Origin: a virus
Length of the DNA stretch: 64,000 nucleotides
Reading direction: 5' to 3' (one strand)
IMG/VR virus record: IMGVR_UViG_3300046507_000113
Coordinates: 4,965 to 68,964 of that record
This document shows positions 1-9,897 of the stretch, piece by piece. Both the position numbers and the translations under genes were made by a program. The first letter of the stretch is position 1. Each line of letters begins with the position of its first letter. The notes beneath the pieces were generated by a model. That model was not told the origin of the DNA. It saw nothing but the letters and a program-made list of their open reading frames with translations, and did no database searches.

Positions 1-2223
1 ACCGGGATTGACCAATGTCACCTGATTGATTACGCCACCGGTAACACCGGTAACTTGCAGGGTTGTGACTGTTCCTCCACTGGTCAATGTTCCACCAACA
101 ACAGTCAGTATATCATTCAGCGTATAGCCAGTACCACCAACGGTAACAGATGGTGTAGCAAGAGACTGTCCGATAGCCAAGGTACCGGGACCATTTGTGT
201 CTTCATCCCACCAGTATAGAAGCCTTGGTGCATCTCCCGGCATGCCACGTTTCATCATGGCAGTTCCGCCTACTGCTGTACGACTAGCCATCCCATAAGA
301 GATTCGGTCGGTCGTGATACCAGTGTAGGATGAGATCTTTGGAAGCCAACGACGAGTAGCACTATCGGTACCGGCAGTGTTATCACCAGAAGAGGTTGCC
401 AACTGGTTGTTAGCATTAGACTGTCCGACGAAGGGAACAAAATAGCGAGGTGCGTAAGTTGTATTCGAAGTGGAGTGACGAGACTGTTGATCGATAGCTA
501 CACGTTGTGCCTCTGTATCTGACATTGGCGTGGTAGTATACTGATAGATAATTACCTCTTTGATCGCACCATTGGCTGATGCACCTTGAAGTCCTGTAGC
601 TCCAATAACGAGACGCTGCGAATTGGCTGCAGTAATACCGTGTTCGCGATTGGAGAAGTGCTTACGTGTATCACCACCACCAGAGACCGTTGCACCCGAT
701 TGATTAAACCAGAGATTGGTGAAAGGGGTACCAACAGCTGGAGCAGCTTCATCCATAGAAAGCCATTCCGGACGACCATAAGCTGAGGCAGATCGACCGA
801 GACTATCCCTTGTAGGATCGAAGGTGAATACCTGCGCATTCGTGCTGGTCGCGGCAACAGGTGTTGCTCCCATAAGGATACCGGTTGACAGTGTGCCATA
901 ACCAAGCATACAAGAATGAGCAGAAGTAGTCGGAGTTCCCGGACGGGGCGAATACTGGTTGCCATAGCCATATCGAGCAGCGACGACAAAGACAGAAAGA
1001 TTAGCAGTACCACCGACATTCAGGAATGTGCTGGCCGTTGTCAGGTTAAGAGTAGCGGCAGTGTAATCGATTGACGGTACGGTGTTGTAGACATTCCCGG
1101 CATCGCCGGTGAGCGCCCATACAAAGGTAGCGCCAGAACCAGTACCACCGGTTACACCTGTAGCGTTACCGGTAGGAGACGGAGAGTGCTTATATTTGCC
1201 TGCCCTCGTAACGGTAATGCCGGTGATAGCCCCAGAAGAGACAGTAGCAACCGTGACCTGTGCCGTCAGGCCTCCGCTGTCTGCGATGATACCGCCAGTC
1301 GGGGTGAGAACATCGCCAACTGTATAGCCGGTGCCGGCAGCGGTAATGGACGGGGTGTTTACGAGCGTTGCAAAATTGCCGGGGAAGAATAGTGGTGGTC
1401 TAGACGAAGAGGTAGTGTCTCTTGTGTTGCCAGATTGATCATACCAAGTAGCCACAGTAAAGCTGATGCCGTCCCCGAAGCCTGACATTCCGGTCGTGTT
1501 CAGAGTTCCGTCGCCATTGAAGCCAATGGTTCGGAGAGTATTGGTGCTGTCTCGTACCTGAAAGCAGTTGCCAGCATATGCTGGATTGATTTTCGAGAAC
1601 GCGTAAATAGCAACAGGGGCTTGAGCCGTAGACATTGGACCGAGAGCAGCAAGAGAGCCTACGGTAATTGTGAACGGAGTGTCTTTAGTCCCGAGCGTCG
1701 GATGGACTTCTCGGAGTGTAATAGAGAAGGAACCAGAACTAGAAGCGGTGAGACCGACAACTAGATTAGAGAAGGTAGCATCAGGAACAACACGACCACT
1801 GGCAGACCGGATCTCAATACGAGAACCAGATGTCTTAGCTCCAATAGCACCGATTACTGTACCAGCATCAGCCCCCTGAGTAAAACTCGAAGAAGAGAGC
1901 GTGAGAGTTTGTAGTCCAGCAGGAGGAATACTTCCACCAAGTATAGTAGCCAAAGTGGCTGCACTAGCACCCGGAGAAATAAGATCGGAGAGACGACGGC
2001 CGGCATTGTTAGAAGTGCCTGCCAAAATCTCTGTCATTGAGGTAGCAAGAGCAGTTGAACTGGCACCTGCATAAATTAGGTTAGAAAGAATTTTAGTTTC
2101 AGGTGTTTGAACACCACTAGCAGCATTTGATATAATTGCAGAAAGTTCAGTAGAATCGGCTCCCGGAGAAACCAAATCTGCAAGGGTGTCTAGTGGCTTA
2201 TTACGAGTGGTTTCTCCGGCCAT
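1..2223 (-). CDS. Tail spike/fibre receptor-binding protein (3' end outside window), with lectin-like and putative carbohydrate esterase domains
   Basis: Not in the ORF track because it has no stop in the window. ATG at 2223, open to base 1 (MAGETTRNKPLDTLADLVSPGA...). G/T-rich repeats (GTGYTVGDVLT, GTGYTLNDILT), TWYDQSGN motif common in tail lectin domains, and FVGQSNA (GQSN motif of SASA/SGNH esterases). Confidence 0.7.
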   Translation of the reverse strand, partial: MAGETTRNKPLDTLADLVSPGADSTELSAIISNAASGVQTPETKILSNLIYAGASSTALATSMTEILAGTSNNAGRRLSDLISPGASAATLATILGGSIPPAGLQTLTLSSSSFTQGADAGTVIGAIGAKTSGSRIEIRSASGRVVPDATFSNLVVGLTASSSGSFSITLREVHPTLGTKDTPFTITVGSLAALGPMSTAQAPVAIYAFSKINPAYAGNCFQVRDSTNTLRTIGFNGDGTLNTTGMSGFGDGISFTVATWYDQSGNTRDTTSSSRPPLFFPGNFATLVNTPSITAAGTGYTVGDVLTPTGGIIADSGGLTAQVTVATVSSGAITGITVTRAGKYKHSPSPTGNATGVTGGTGSGATFVWALTGDAGNVYNTVPSIDYTAATLNLTTASTFLNVGGTANLSVFVVAARYGYGNQYSPRPGTPTTSAHSCMLGYGTLSTGILMGATPVAATSTNAQVFTFDPTRDSLGRSASAYGRPEWLSMDEAAPAVGTPFTNLWFNQSGATVSGGGDTRKHFSNREHGITAANSQRLVIGATGLQGASANGAIKEVIIYQYTTTPMSDTEAQRVAIDQQSRHSTSNTTYAPRYFVPFVGQSNANNQLATSSGDNTAGTDSATRRWLPKISSYTGITTDRISYGMASRTAVGGTAMMKRGMPGDAPRLLYWWDEDTNGPGTLAIGQSLATPSVTVGGTGYTLNDILTVVGGTLTSGGTVTTLQVTGVTGGVINQVTLVNPG

Positions 2224-2313
2224 TTACTTCTTCTTTCCAAGTTTCTTTTTGCTAGGGATGGACTGCTTTACAGTCTTCATCTTAGCGACTGCAGTATTGC
2301 AATTCTTACTCAT
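2224..2313 (-). CDS. Small basic hypothetical protein (29 aa)
   Basis: MSKNCNTAVAKMKTVKQSIPSKKKLGKKK; fills the gap exactly and is coupled to both neighbours. Confidence 0.45.
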   Translation of the reverse strand: MSKNCNTAVAKMKTVKQSIPSKKKLGKKK

Positions 2314-2587
2314 TATCTAGAGGATCCTCCATATTCATGAACATATTCATTAGAACAAATTTAGCTCGTTCGAGGTCCCAAAGAACCTTGGCAGGATCGC
2401 CTGAACTGGAAGCGAAATACATATTCTGTCGACCATGATAAGTACCAAGGACAACGATATCGTCAAACTCTCTGTCTTGCAGAGATGTCAGAACTTCAGA
2501 AACTTCAATAGAAGGACCGTACATAGCATCTTCGAGAAGGCTAAGATCAATATCTTCTGTACCAGGGAACTTGACGATGTTATCCAT
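2306..2587 (-). CDS. Hypothetical phage protein
   Basis: 93 aa ORF tightly coupled in the - strand packaging operon. Confidence 0.7.
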   Translation of the reverse strand: MDNIVKFPGTEDIDLSLLEDAMYGPSIEVSEVLTSLQDREFDDIVVLGTYHGRQNMYFASSSGDPAKVLWDLERAKFVLMNMFMNMEDPLDNE

Positions 2588-2931
2588 TATTTTTCTTCCT
2601 TATATACGTTAGGAACTTCCTTATGCTTGAAGAAAGGTACTTCGTCGTAGTTAGCACGAGAAGTCTTATCAAGCGTATCAGTAGCAGGATCTTTTGCGAC
2701 CCGACCCTGACCTGTTGCCCGAGACTTGTTAGCCTTACCGGGATTCCTTACAATGTTAGCAACTCTATCAGCAGGGGTACCACCCTTTTGGTAGGCAATT
2801 GCTTCATCTGAAATGAGACGATCTCCTGCCATTGCTTTGTTTCTCTGCTGTTGGACAGCCTGATACTTAGCATTAGCACTCGGATCACGAATGTCTTCAA
2901 TATTATCTGATTGTCTGCCTGTGCGTTTCAA
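2587..2931 (-). CDS. Hypothetical protein
   Basis: 114 aa, TTG start overlapping the terminase stop. Confidence 0.65.
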   Translation of the reverse strand: MKRTGRQSDNIEDIRDPSANAKYQAVQQQRNKAMAGDRLISDEAIAYQKGGTPADRVANIVRNPGKANKSRATGQGRVAKDPATDTLDKTSRANYDEVPFFKHKEVPNVYKEEK

Positions 2932-4889
2932 TATCCGAATACCTCGTCTGCGGGGTTGTAACGATAACTAGATTGTCTACCCCAATCCAAAGGAGATGAG
3001 GCACGAGGGCGAGACATGATCCCATAGCGAAGAGCGTCATAGCTGTGATCATTAGGGTATCTATCATCGATATCGTCTCCACCATCAGGGTCAGAAGGAA
3101 TAGAAGGAAGGTCTGAAATAACTTGTCTGCAATTCTCAAAGAACTTGATACTTGGTTCCATATCTCCAAAGTTGCGTTCTTTGACCTTTAGAAGCTCATG
3201 GAGACGGTTCTTACCAGCTTCGCGACTACCGGGGCCACGATCTGATGGACGCCACGAGCAGCCCGCTGCGATCATTTCTTCAGCTACTGTAGGACCCATG
3301 ATACCTCTCTGATGCCAGACAGAAGAGTCAAGAACACCATAAGAGATCTTCTCATTCTTCTCTAGCTCCAGAACTTTCTGGGCCATAGCAACACCAGTCA
3401 TGTTCGAAGCATAAAGCTCACGATATACATAAAGTGTTTCGTATTGCGGATCGATGGCAAACCAAAGAACACAAGAAGGTGATGCATAACCATAGTCAGC
3501 TGCCCTAAAGCGTCTCCAAGAATGGGGAATCTCAAAAGGCTTAACGACATGTTGTTTGACAGAAAACTCAGGGAAGGCTGCACCTTCAACAATAGACCAG
3601 TCACCTTCAAGAAGCTTACGCCTTTGATCTTCTGGCAAAGAGAGGAGGTTCTTCTCATAGTGACCAGATTCATAGAGGTAAGGATTATCTTTCAGGAGAG
3701 CAGGAATAAACTTCCTCTTAGAGAGGGGCTTACCTGCTTTAGTAGGGTCGAATTGTTTAGTGATAGGATCTTTATAGTCATCGGGATACAAAAGAACTTC
3801 ACCAGTATCAATGTCTGTAGCCCAGAACGCTTGACCTGCAGGAGCAGGATCAATGAACATCTTCTTAACCCAATGATGGCCGGGACCACCGGGGTTAGTC
3901 GTAGCTCTCATAGAGAGGTTCTTTTCCAATTCAGGATCAGAAGAACGAAGACGGGACTTAAGATAAAGATAAGCATGAGGAGTAGGATACTGTGTAAGTT
4001 CGTCTACACCGATCCAACAAAAACTCTGTCCCTGATAACGGAGAACGTCATCTTCTCTGTCTAGGTAAGTCATCCAGAATTTAGCTCCAGAAGGGAATAC
4101 CCACATGGAGTCTTGTTCTTTCCACTTAGCACCAGGAAAAGCTTTAGGGTAGAGCTTCTGACTTTCCCACTTTAGTTCTCGAAGTTCATCGTTAGTACGA
4201 CGCAACAACAAACCAACAAAGTTAGGATTATAGAAGTATCTCATAGGGTCGGCGAGCATAGCATATGACTTACCGCCTCCTGCACCACCCCCATAGAGCA
4301 CTTCCTCCTCTGTCGAGGACAAGAAAGATGTCTGAGGACCGGGATTAGGTGTAAAGACCCAATTAATATCTACACCCTTTAGGACGGGCGGCTTGAGTTT
4401 TCGGTCAGGATTATTAGGGAGGTTATTGGGAGGTAATTTAGGGACGGGCGGGCCGTCGGGGAAATCTTCAGGCTTAAGCTGGTTCTTCTTAGCTTCGACA
4501 TCTTGCTGAACCTTCCGTGCCCTTTTGGCAGCGAGAGTAGCTTGTCTCTTAGCTTCTGCAATCTTACGGGCATCCTTAGTAACTGGAGCCTTATTTCTTT
4601 TTGTCAGCTTATGCTTGGTGAATGGTTTGCGGTGGGAATTGTAGAGATTGGAAACAGTCTGATGGACCATACTCCGAAGAAGCTTCTGTTGGAGCCACTC
4701 ACATACCTCACGAAGAGAGGATCCAGCTTCCAAGTAATCAAAGCCCTGTTCGATGTAAGCCACCTGATCCAAGTCAGGGATAATATGGAGGGGGTCTTCA
4801 GGATCTACCTTATAGCCTACACCAACCTTACCGTAGGGAATCTTTCTGTACCAATCCTTCCACCGTTCTAGGGGAAGTTGATTACTCAT
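2928..4889 (-). CDS. terL: Terminase large subunit with N-terminal extension
   Basis: Walker A YGGGAGGGKS, Walker B WIGVDE, motif III ATTNPGGPGH, nuclease ADYG and NDHSYDALRYG. Confidence 0.95.
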   Translation of the reverse strand: MSNQLPLERWKDWYRKIPYGKVGVGYKVDPEDPLHIIPDLDQVAYIEQGFDYLEAGSSLREVCEWLQQKLLRSMVHQTVSNLYNSHRKPFTKHKLTKRNKAPVTKDARKIAEAKRQATLAAKRARKVQQDVEAKKNQLKPEDFPDGPPVPKLPPNNLPNNPDRKLKPPVLKGVDINWVFTPNPGPQTSFLSSTEEEVLYGGGAGGGKSYAMLADPMRYFYNPNFVGLLLRRTNDELRELKWESQKLYPKAFPGAKWKEQDSMWVFPSGAKFWMTYLDREDDVLRYQGQSFCWIGVDELTQYPTPHAYLYLKSRLRSSDPELEKNLSMRATTNPGGPGHHWVKKMFIDPAPAGQAFWATDIDTGEVLLYPDDYKDPITKQFDPTKAGKPLSKRKFIPALLKDNPYLYESGHYEKNLLSLPEDQRRKLLEGDWSIVEGAAFPEFSVKQHVVKPFEIPHSWRRFRAADYGYASPSCVLWFAIDPQYETLYVYRELYASNMTGVAMAQKVLELEKNEKISYGVLDSSVWHQRGIMGPTVAEEMIAAGCSWRPSDRGPGSREAGKNRLHELLKVKERNFGDMEPSIKFFENCRQVISDLPSIPSDPDGGDDIDDRYPNDHSYDALRYGIMSRPRASSPLDWGRQSSYRYNPADEVFGY

Positions 4890-5307
4890 GATCGATAATC
4901 TTTATATCCTCTGGGGAATCCTTGGGGGGAAGGATAAACATGTTCCTAACTTCTGTTACCTGAACAGCTTCTTCTTTGAAGACACCAGCCCTATCAAGAA
5001 TAGAGTTAGCAGCAGGGATGATATTCTTAACACCAATAGCATTGGGATCATGCAACACAGAAACAAGAGAATGAGCTGCCTTAGCAGATGAGGCAATAAG
5101 ATATTCCTTTGCCATATCCTTTATCTGCTTAGAGAACTTCTTGATCATGACAGAAGAAGGAATGCCTTTCATACCAGACTTGTCCATAGCAGTACGGACG
5201 TCCCCACCGCACTCATCAAATAGAATGTCGAGGAAGTTCTGTTCTTGAAGGGTTAGACCATCTTCATTAACGGTATCTTGTTTAAGTAATTCTTTAAGTT
5301 CACTCAA
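4882..5307 (-). CDS. Probable terminase small subunit
   Basis: Directly upstream of terL; TTG start with AAGGAG SD; helical protein with LTLQEQNFLD N-terminus and AANSILDRAG motif. Confidence 0.7.
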   Translation of the reverse strand: MSELKELLKQDTVNEDGLTLQEQNFLDILFDECGGDVRTAMDKSGMKGIPSSVMIKKFSKQIKDMAKEYLIASSAKAAHSLVSVLHDPNAIGVKNIIPAANSILDRAGVFKEEAVQVTEVRNMFILPPKDSPEDIKIIDHE

Positions 5308-5544
5308 TGGATCTCTCCTTAAATATTATTTTCTCCTAACGTACTGTCCTGTACGTTTATCTCCTTTCGAATCACTCCTGAAGAACTTTACGTAAGAACT
5401 ACTGTAAGTATTCAGAGCTCATGTTCAAGCTCTTTGAATCCAAGGTTTGAATCAGTGAGGAGAAGAATTAAAAATCAAAAATTAAGAAGAACTAAGTATC
5501 GAGCTGTAGCTCAGAATTTCTTTTTCTTTCTTTACTATAGTATT

Positions 5545-5573
5545 ATTATACCATTTTTCTGAAAGTATGTCAA
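5545..5573 (-). promoter_or_regulatory. Sigma70-type promoter for the packaging operon
   Basis: On -: TTGACA-17 nt-TATAAT with extended TG, followed by AATACT. Confidence 0.85.
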
Positions 5574-6098
5574 GCACTTTCTGCATTATTACTGAAAATA
5601 ATTACTATTTTGTGTTAAATGGAAGTATATCCGTCCATACAGTACTTACAGAGATTGAAGAACTAGAGTATGAAATTAGTTATTGAAGAAACTATACATT
5701 GAAGGTTCTATAGGTTTAGACAAGCTAAGTTATTGAAATTATAGGGGGATTATGCATCACTAATAGTACCCACCCCAGTGGTCCTGCCCCTCCCCTCCTT
5801 CAAGTATCTCGGAATATAGAATGAGAGAGTCAAGGAAGAGATGATGCATACACCTCGGTATTACTTGAAGATATACTCTAACTAAGTATGTTTAATCTTG
5901 AAGATAGTATACTTGAAGTATTGATATATTGGTATGTTCCTGGAGGACGCCAGTTCTAATATATATCTATACTCATGAATACTGGAAGATAAATACATTC
6001 ATAGTAAACAACTAGGACTGGTGAGTTAGCACACACTAATACAACTCTTACCTGGTTGACAGACACAGAAATGACACAATCTATCATAATCTTCTTTT

Positions 6099-6143
6099 GT
6101 TCCTGATTCGTTCAGATGTTCATGTTTTGTTCTCCTTTTGTTC
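6099..6143. promoter_or_regulatory. Three alphaproteobacterial-type LexA (SOS) boxes
   Basis: GTTC-N7-GTTC at 6099-6113, 6118-6132 and 6129-6143. Confidence 0.6.
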
Positions 6144-6163
6144 TTTTCCCTACATTTTTCTTG

Positions 6164-6179
6164 TCTCTATATCTTGTGT
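6164..6179. promoter_or_regulatory. NrdR-box-like site
   Basis: TCTCTATATCTTGTGT matches 13/16 positions of the acaCwAtATaTwGtgt consensus. Confidence 0.45.
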
Positions 6180-6509
6180 TGTTGTGAGACTTGGTGTACG
6201 CGCGCGTGCGCTATTCCTTTCTGCGACTGGCGTCAGCCAATCTAAGCGATTAGCGCCCACGTACAGGACCGTACAGCGCGTTGATCTCAAGTCGTAAGGG
6301 ATTGGGGCTTTCACCGGGAGAATGGCGCTCCTGAACGATCTGAGAGGCTTAGGGATTTATGTGCTACCTGGTTGCATCATTCGGCACAAACCTGGAGGAA
6401 TATGGCTGTTTTTGTAATTATCTTTCGTGAAACCCCAAAACTATTTTCATTCATTACCCAACTTTGACTACTAATTTCGTTTAGTCGTGTTACATTGATC
6501 TCAACGAAA

Positions 6510-7260
6510 CGGGATTGAACCGGTTCGGACTTTCGCCCTTAGCTGGCGATCTTGCTCCCTCTCTTGAGGTTTGAGCGTTATGGTCCGAATAAGTATCTTT
6601 CTCTATCGGCTATAGTTTCTTAGTCCAAAGTCCCCGTATTTACAACACGGGTATGAGTAGGCTGATACCGGAAACGTGATCATCAAGTTACCAGTAGGGT
6701 TTAGGAAAATATTCCTATCCTTATTGAGTGATAGGGGATAATTTGCTTTAAGCGGCAAAGTCCATAGTGGATAAGCTTGAAACCCTCATGGGGAGTATGG
6801 TGTAACGCTGGAAGGCTTTGAGAGTAGGAGCAACGGGCTATTCACGGCTCGACACCGGCCAAGTGCACCAACGAAAGACCGCATTAGCAGCGGGATGTGC
6901 CAAGGCGAAAGCGGCGGAAACCGTAACGTGTTTCTTGTTGTGTTAGCTGAAATGAAAGCTCTTTGATTGGCTTCAAGGGGTAAGTAATATGCAGTATGAG
7001 CATGACGACTAGGAAATACCGGAGCGGCTAACATCTTCTACGAAAAAGGTGTCGGAAAAATAAGTTGGTGAATGTCCCCTGATTGGATGAGTAGAAAATA
7101 CTCATAAGACAAGCGTAACAATAACAATAGGTCTCATCGATATTGAAAGATGAGCAAAACCTTTGACTTTTAGTCTCGTTACTAAAGCAAGGGGGCGAAT
7201 TTGATTCTCTCTAGTGGGCTTTTCCTCGTTGTTTTTGAGGATGGCTAGAGAAAGAACTAA
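6510..7260 (+). ncRNA. Candidate large structured ncRNA
   Basis: No credible ORF over about 750 nt. Nested helices: TTCGGAC/GTCCGAA 6524-6589 enclosing two hairpins, CCCGT/ACGGG 6633-6651, ATGAGTA/TACTCAT 7087-7105, long hairpin 7208-7251. Confidence 0.4.
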
Positions 7261-7605
7261 GATTTTAAGTGCATCATGACAATAGTCGTGCGGTAAACCC
7301 GAAACTTCTTGCTACAGCGATGTAGAAGAATGATATGGTGCGAACGTGAGTTATGATGCTCTTACCGGACTAGTTCTAACATAGAAAGGGGCAATCTCTA
7401 TGTATGACATGATAGCATGGGCTTCCTTGATTATCACTGTGCTGACTTCCGCATGGGTTATCATTGTGGCCGCAAGTGGATCTGATACCGAGTAGTTATT
7501 CCACTGTTACCTCTTTCTTTGTGTTAGGGGTAATAGGGCAATAACGCCCAATAGCGTAACCTCAAAACCCTTGCGTGGGCAGGGTAAATCAAAGGATAGA
7601 CTATC

Positions 7606-8262
7606 ATGGCTGACAAGAAAACCAACACGTCCCCGCTTGCTGTTATCGATGGCAAGATCGCTTCTATCAAGACACGTGGCGTCCAGCTCCGCAAAGATGC
7701 ACATGAATGCCTTGTTTTGATCATCGATCATTACATCGCTCATGGTGACTTCACACGTCTGATGGACAACGGCGGCAATGACCTGATTACGGCTATCAAG
7801 TCGTCTTTGGGCAATTCGATCGCTCAAGCTGCCGTTCAGTGGGTGCACGAATTCGTTCCGTCGCTCAAGTGGAATGACACGCTGCGCAAGTTCGAGAACG
7901 TCAAGGGCGTTACCAAGGAAATCATTGACGTGGAAAACTACGTCTTGAAGTCCAATGGCGGCCCGGATGGTGTCGACCGCAAGTTCACCGGCAACGCTCG
8001 CGATCTGCCTTTCTTCGAGTTGGAACGCCAGACGAAGGTCGCGCCGTTCGACTTCATGAAAAGCTTGCAGCAGTTCATCGCCCGTGCTGAACGTGAGCGG
8101 GACGCCGCACTCAAGGCAAATCAGCCTGTACCGGTCAACCGGGCACAGCTTGACGCCCTCAAGGGCCTTGCCGACAATATCAAGAACTACAAGGAAGAAC
8201 CGGCTGCCGATGCAGATGGTGAAACCAATGTAGAGCCCATTCCGGCCGCTGTAGCAGCTTAA
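7606..8262 (+). CDS. Early hypothetical protein
   Basis: 218 aa, AAGGA SD, C-ending codon bias, followed by a terminator. Confidence 0.85.
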   Translation: MADKKTNTSPLAVIDGKIASIKTRGVQLRKDAHECLVLIIDHYIAHGDFTRLMDNGGNDLITAIKSSLGNSIAQAAVQWVHEFVPSLKWNDTLRKFENVKGVTKEIIDVENYVLKSNGGPDGVDRKFTGNARDLPFFELERQTKVAPFDFMKSLQQFIARAERERDAALKANQPVPVNRAQLDALKGLADNIKNYKEEPAADADGETNVEPIPAAVAA

Positions 8263-8283
8263 ACACTGCACAACCATACGGTG

Positions 8284-8318
8284 CCCCTTCCAGGATTTTG
8301 TTCTTGGAAGGGTTTTTC
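8284..8318 (+). terminator. Rho-independent terminator
   Basis: CCCTTCCAGGA...TCTTGGAAGGG followed by TTTTT. Confidence 0.8.
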
Positions 8319-8762
8319 TCTTGTGTGTAACCTATGCGCCAAAACAGGGGCACTCGCATGAATAAACACGCAACTCTCTAGCGCCTATCCCGACTAGGGC
8401 TAAGAACCTAGAGGCGCTGATATAAATGGTCTTTTTGTGTAGAGATCAACGTGTAGTAGCTCAAAGAGGTTTTGCTGTTTGTACCTCTAACCAAAAACAA
8501 ACAGGTTTTTATTTGCCCAACGATAGGAATTTATTCCTACTCCTATGGGATTATATGCCTACATGAATTGGCTATCCGGTAATGCGTAAAGACCCTCACG
8601 CCTTGGATATCAGATACTGGTTCATGTAGGTTTGTAATCTCACAAGTAGGGGCGTAGAGATGAGTAATTACCTTTTGATTGAGGCAGCGGCATTCTTCGT
8701 TGTTGCAGGTGCCTTTATGGCATGGTTTCAAGGTGTAGCTAATTCGGCAAAGGACGATTGAT

Positions 8763-8963
8763 ATGTGCCTCTCTATGGATATCATCAAGCTTTCTAAGGC
8801 AGACTTTGCCCGTGCTGCAAGCATCGTCAATTACATGATCATGCGTCATCTCGCAACGGACCATGTTCTTGTTGAAACCGATCGGTATTCCCGACGTGAG
8901 TTAACCCGATATGGGATATCCTTTTCGTATCCCAATCAAGACAGTAGGTGGCATTCGTGTTGA
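8763..8963 (+). CDS. Small hypothetical early protein
   Basis: AAGGA SD upstream; 66 aa. Confidence 0.45.
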   Translation: MCLSMDIIKLSKADFARAASIVNYMIMRHLATDHVLVETDRYSRRELTRYGISFSYPNQDSRWHSC

Positions 8964-9226
8964 CGATACAAATCACCATAGATGCTCGTACAATCGTTTC
9001 TTGTGCTAAGCGGTTGTATGGTAGCGGATACGAGCTAACGCGCTTCCAGTGGCTTGTGCGTGGCTTTACGCCTATGTTCATCCTTGTAGTAGCAGGGAAG
9101 TTGCTAGGTTAATAGATACGCCTCTATGCGTTCCAAGTCATCCCCACAGATGACAACCTTGGGTAATTAGGGTTGGTTCTTCCGCCCCTTTGAGCCGCCC
9201 GTCGCATAGGGGTTTATGTGTTAACC

Positions 9227-9334
9227 TATTGGTACATACGGCAATAGATGCTTCATGATGCTAGCGCTAGCGTGGTCAAGCTCTGCCATTAGGCACCCGG
9301 TTCAACTCCGGCTCTATTGCTTTGTGTGTCAATA
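9227..9334 (+). ncRNA. Long-stem RNA element with a tRNA-type T-arm
   Basis: GGTACATACGGCAATAGA pairs with TCTATTGCTTTGTGTGTC; encloses TGCC-ATTA-GGCA and CCGG-TTCAACT-CCGG. Confidence 0.45.
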
Positions 9335-9485
9335 ACCAAGTGACAAGGGGCTTTGTCATGTCTTACTATGAAGAAGGATTCGAAGCATTCCAATCTGGTT
9401 TAGATAAATGTCCTTATCGGCCTAACACTGCCGGATGGATATGGTGGAATATCGGATGGCGTGCTGCCAATGCATTCCTTGTTGA

Positions 9486-9680
9486 ATGCGTCGCGGTATA
9501 ATAGGGGGCTTTACAATGTTCACAGCAATGATGGTTTGGATTGCAATCTCTTGCGGTTTTTTCGCGGGGGCATTCTTCACTGGTGGATTAAGGGATGCAG
9601 CACAACAGCCTGCACCTATTCGTCGTACAGATGAGTATATGACGATTACGCTTTCGCCTAATGAGTATGTGAGGTTGTGA
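9486..9680 (+). CDS. Small membrane protein
   Basis: Hydrophobic segment AMMVWIAISCGFFAGAFF; coupled to the next ORF. Confidence 0.55.
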   Translation: MRRGIIGGFTMFTAMMVWIAISCGFFAGAFFTGGLRDAAQQPAPIRRTDEYMTITLSPNEYVRL

Positions 9681-9886
9681 TGAAATCGCAGCACTACGAT
9701 AACGGTCGTCTCTATGACACCGAAATCTTTTTGTTGTATCATGTTCGGCATGGGGTTAAAGAGTTTTCTTGCCCTAGCCGTTCCTTTGAAACCCTTCGTC
9801 CGTTGTGTAAATACTTCAATAGAGGTTTCAAGATAACTACCGTTGGACGGGTTAGCCCGTTCTTCATGAACGTCAAACTCATATAA
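9677..9886 (+). CDS. Hypothetical protein
   Basis: Overlapping stop/start with the upstream ORF. Confidence 0.5.
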   Translation: MMKSQHYDNGRLYDTEIFLLYHVRHGVKEFSCPSRSFETLRPLCKYFNRGFKITTVGRVSPFFMNVKLI

Positions 9887-9897
9887 GGGGTAATAAA

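Noticed and set aside
552-1879. Short ORFs listed in 552-1879
   Set aside because: Shadows of the long - strand tail spike frame 1..2223.
6750-7035. RNase P RNA resemblance (GCAAAGTCC, AAACCCTCATGGGGAG)
   Set aside because: I could not build the P4 pseudoknot or the conserved 3' end; kept only as an unassigned ncRNA candidate.
7507-8277. 256-aa - strand ORF and similar long antisense ORFs (10697, 13421, 28191, 51227, 61630)
   Set aside because: Antisense mirrors of real genes caused by codon bias; no recognisable motifs.
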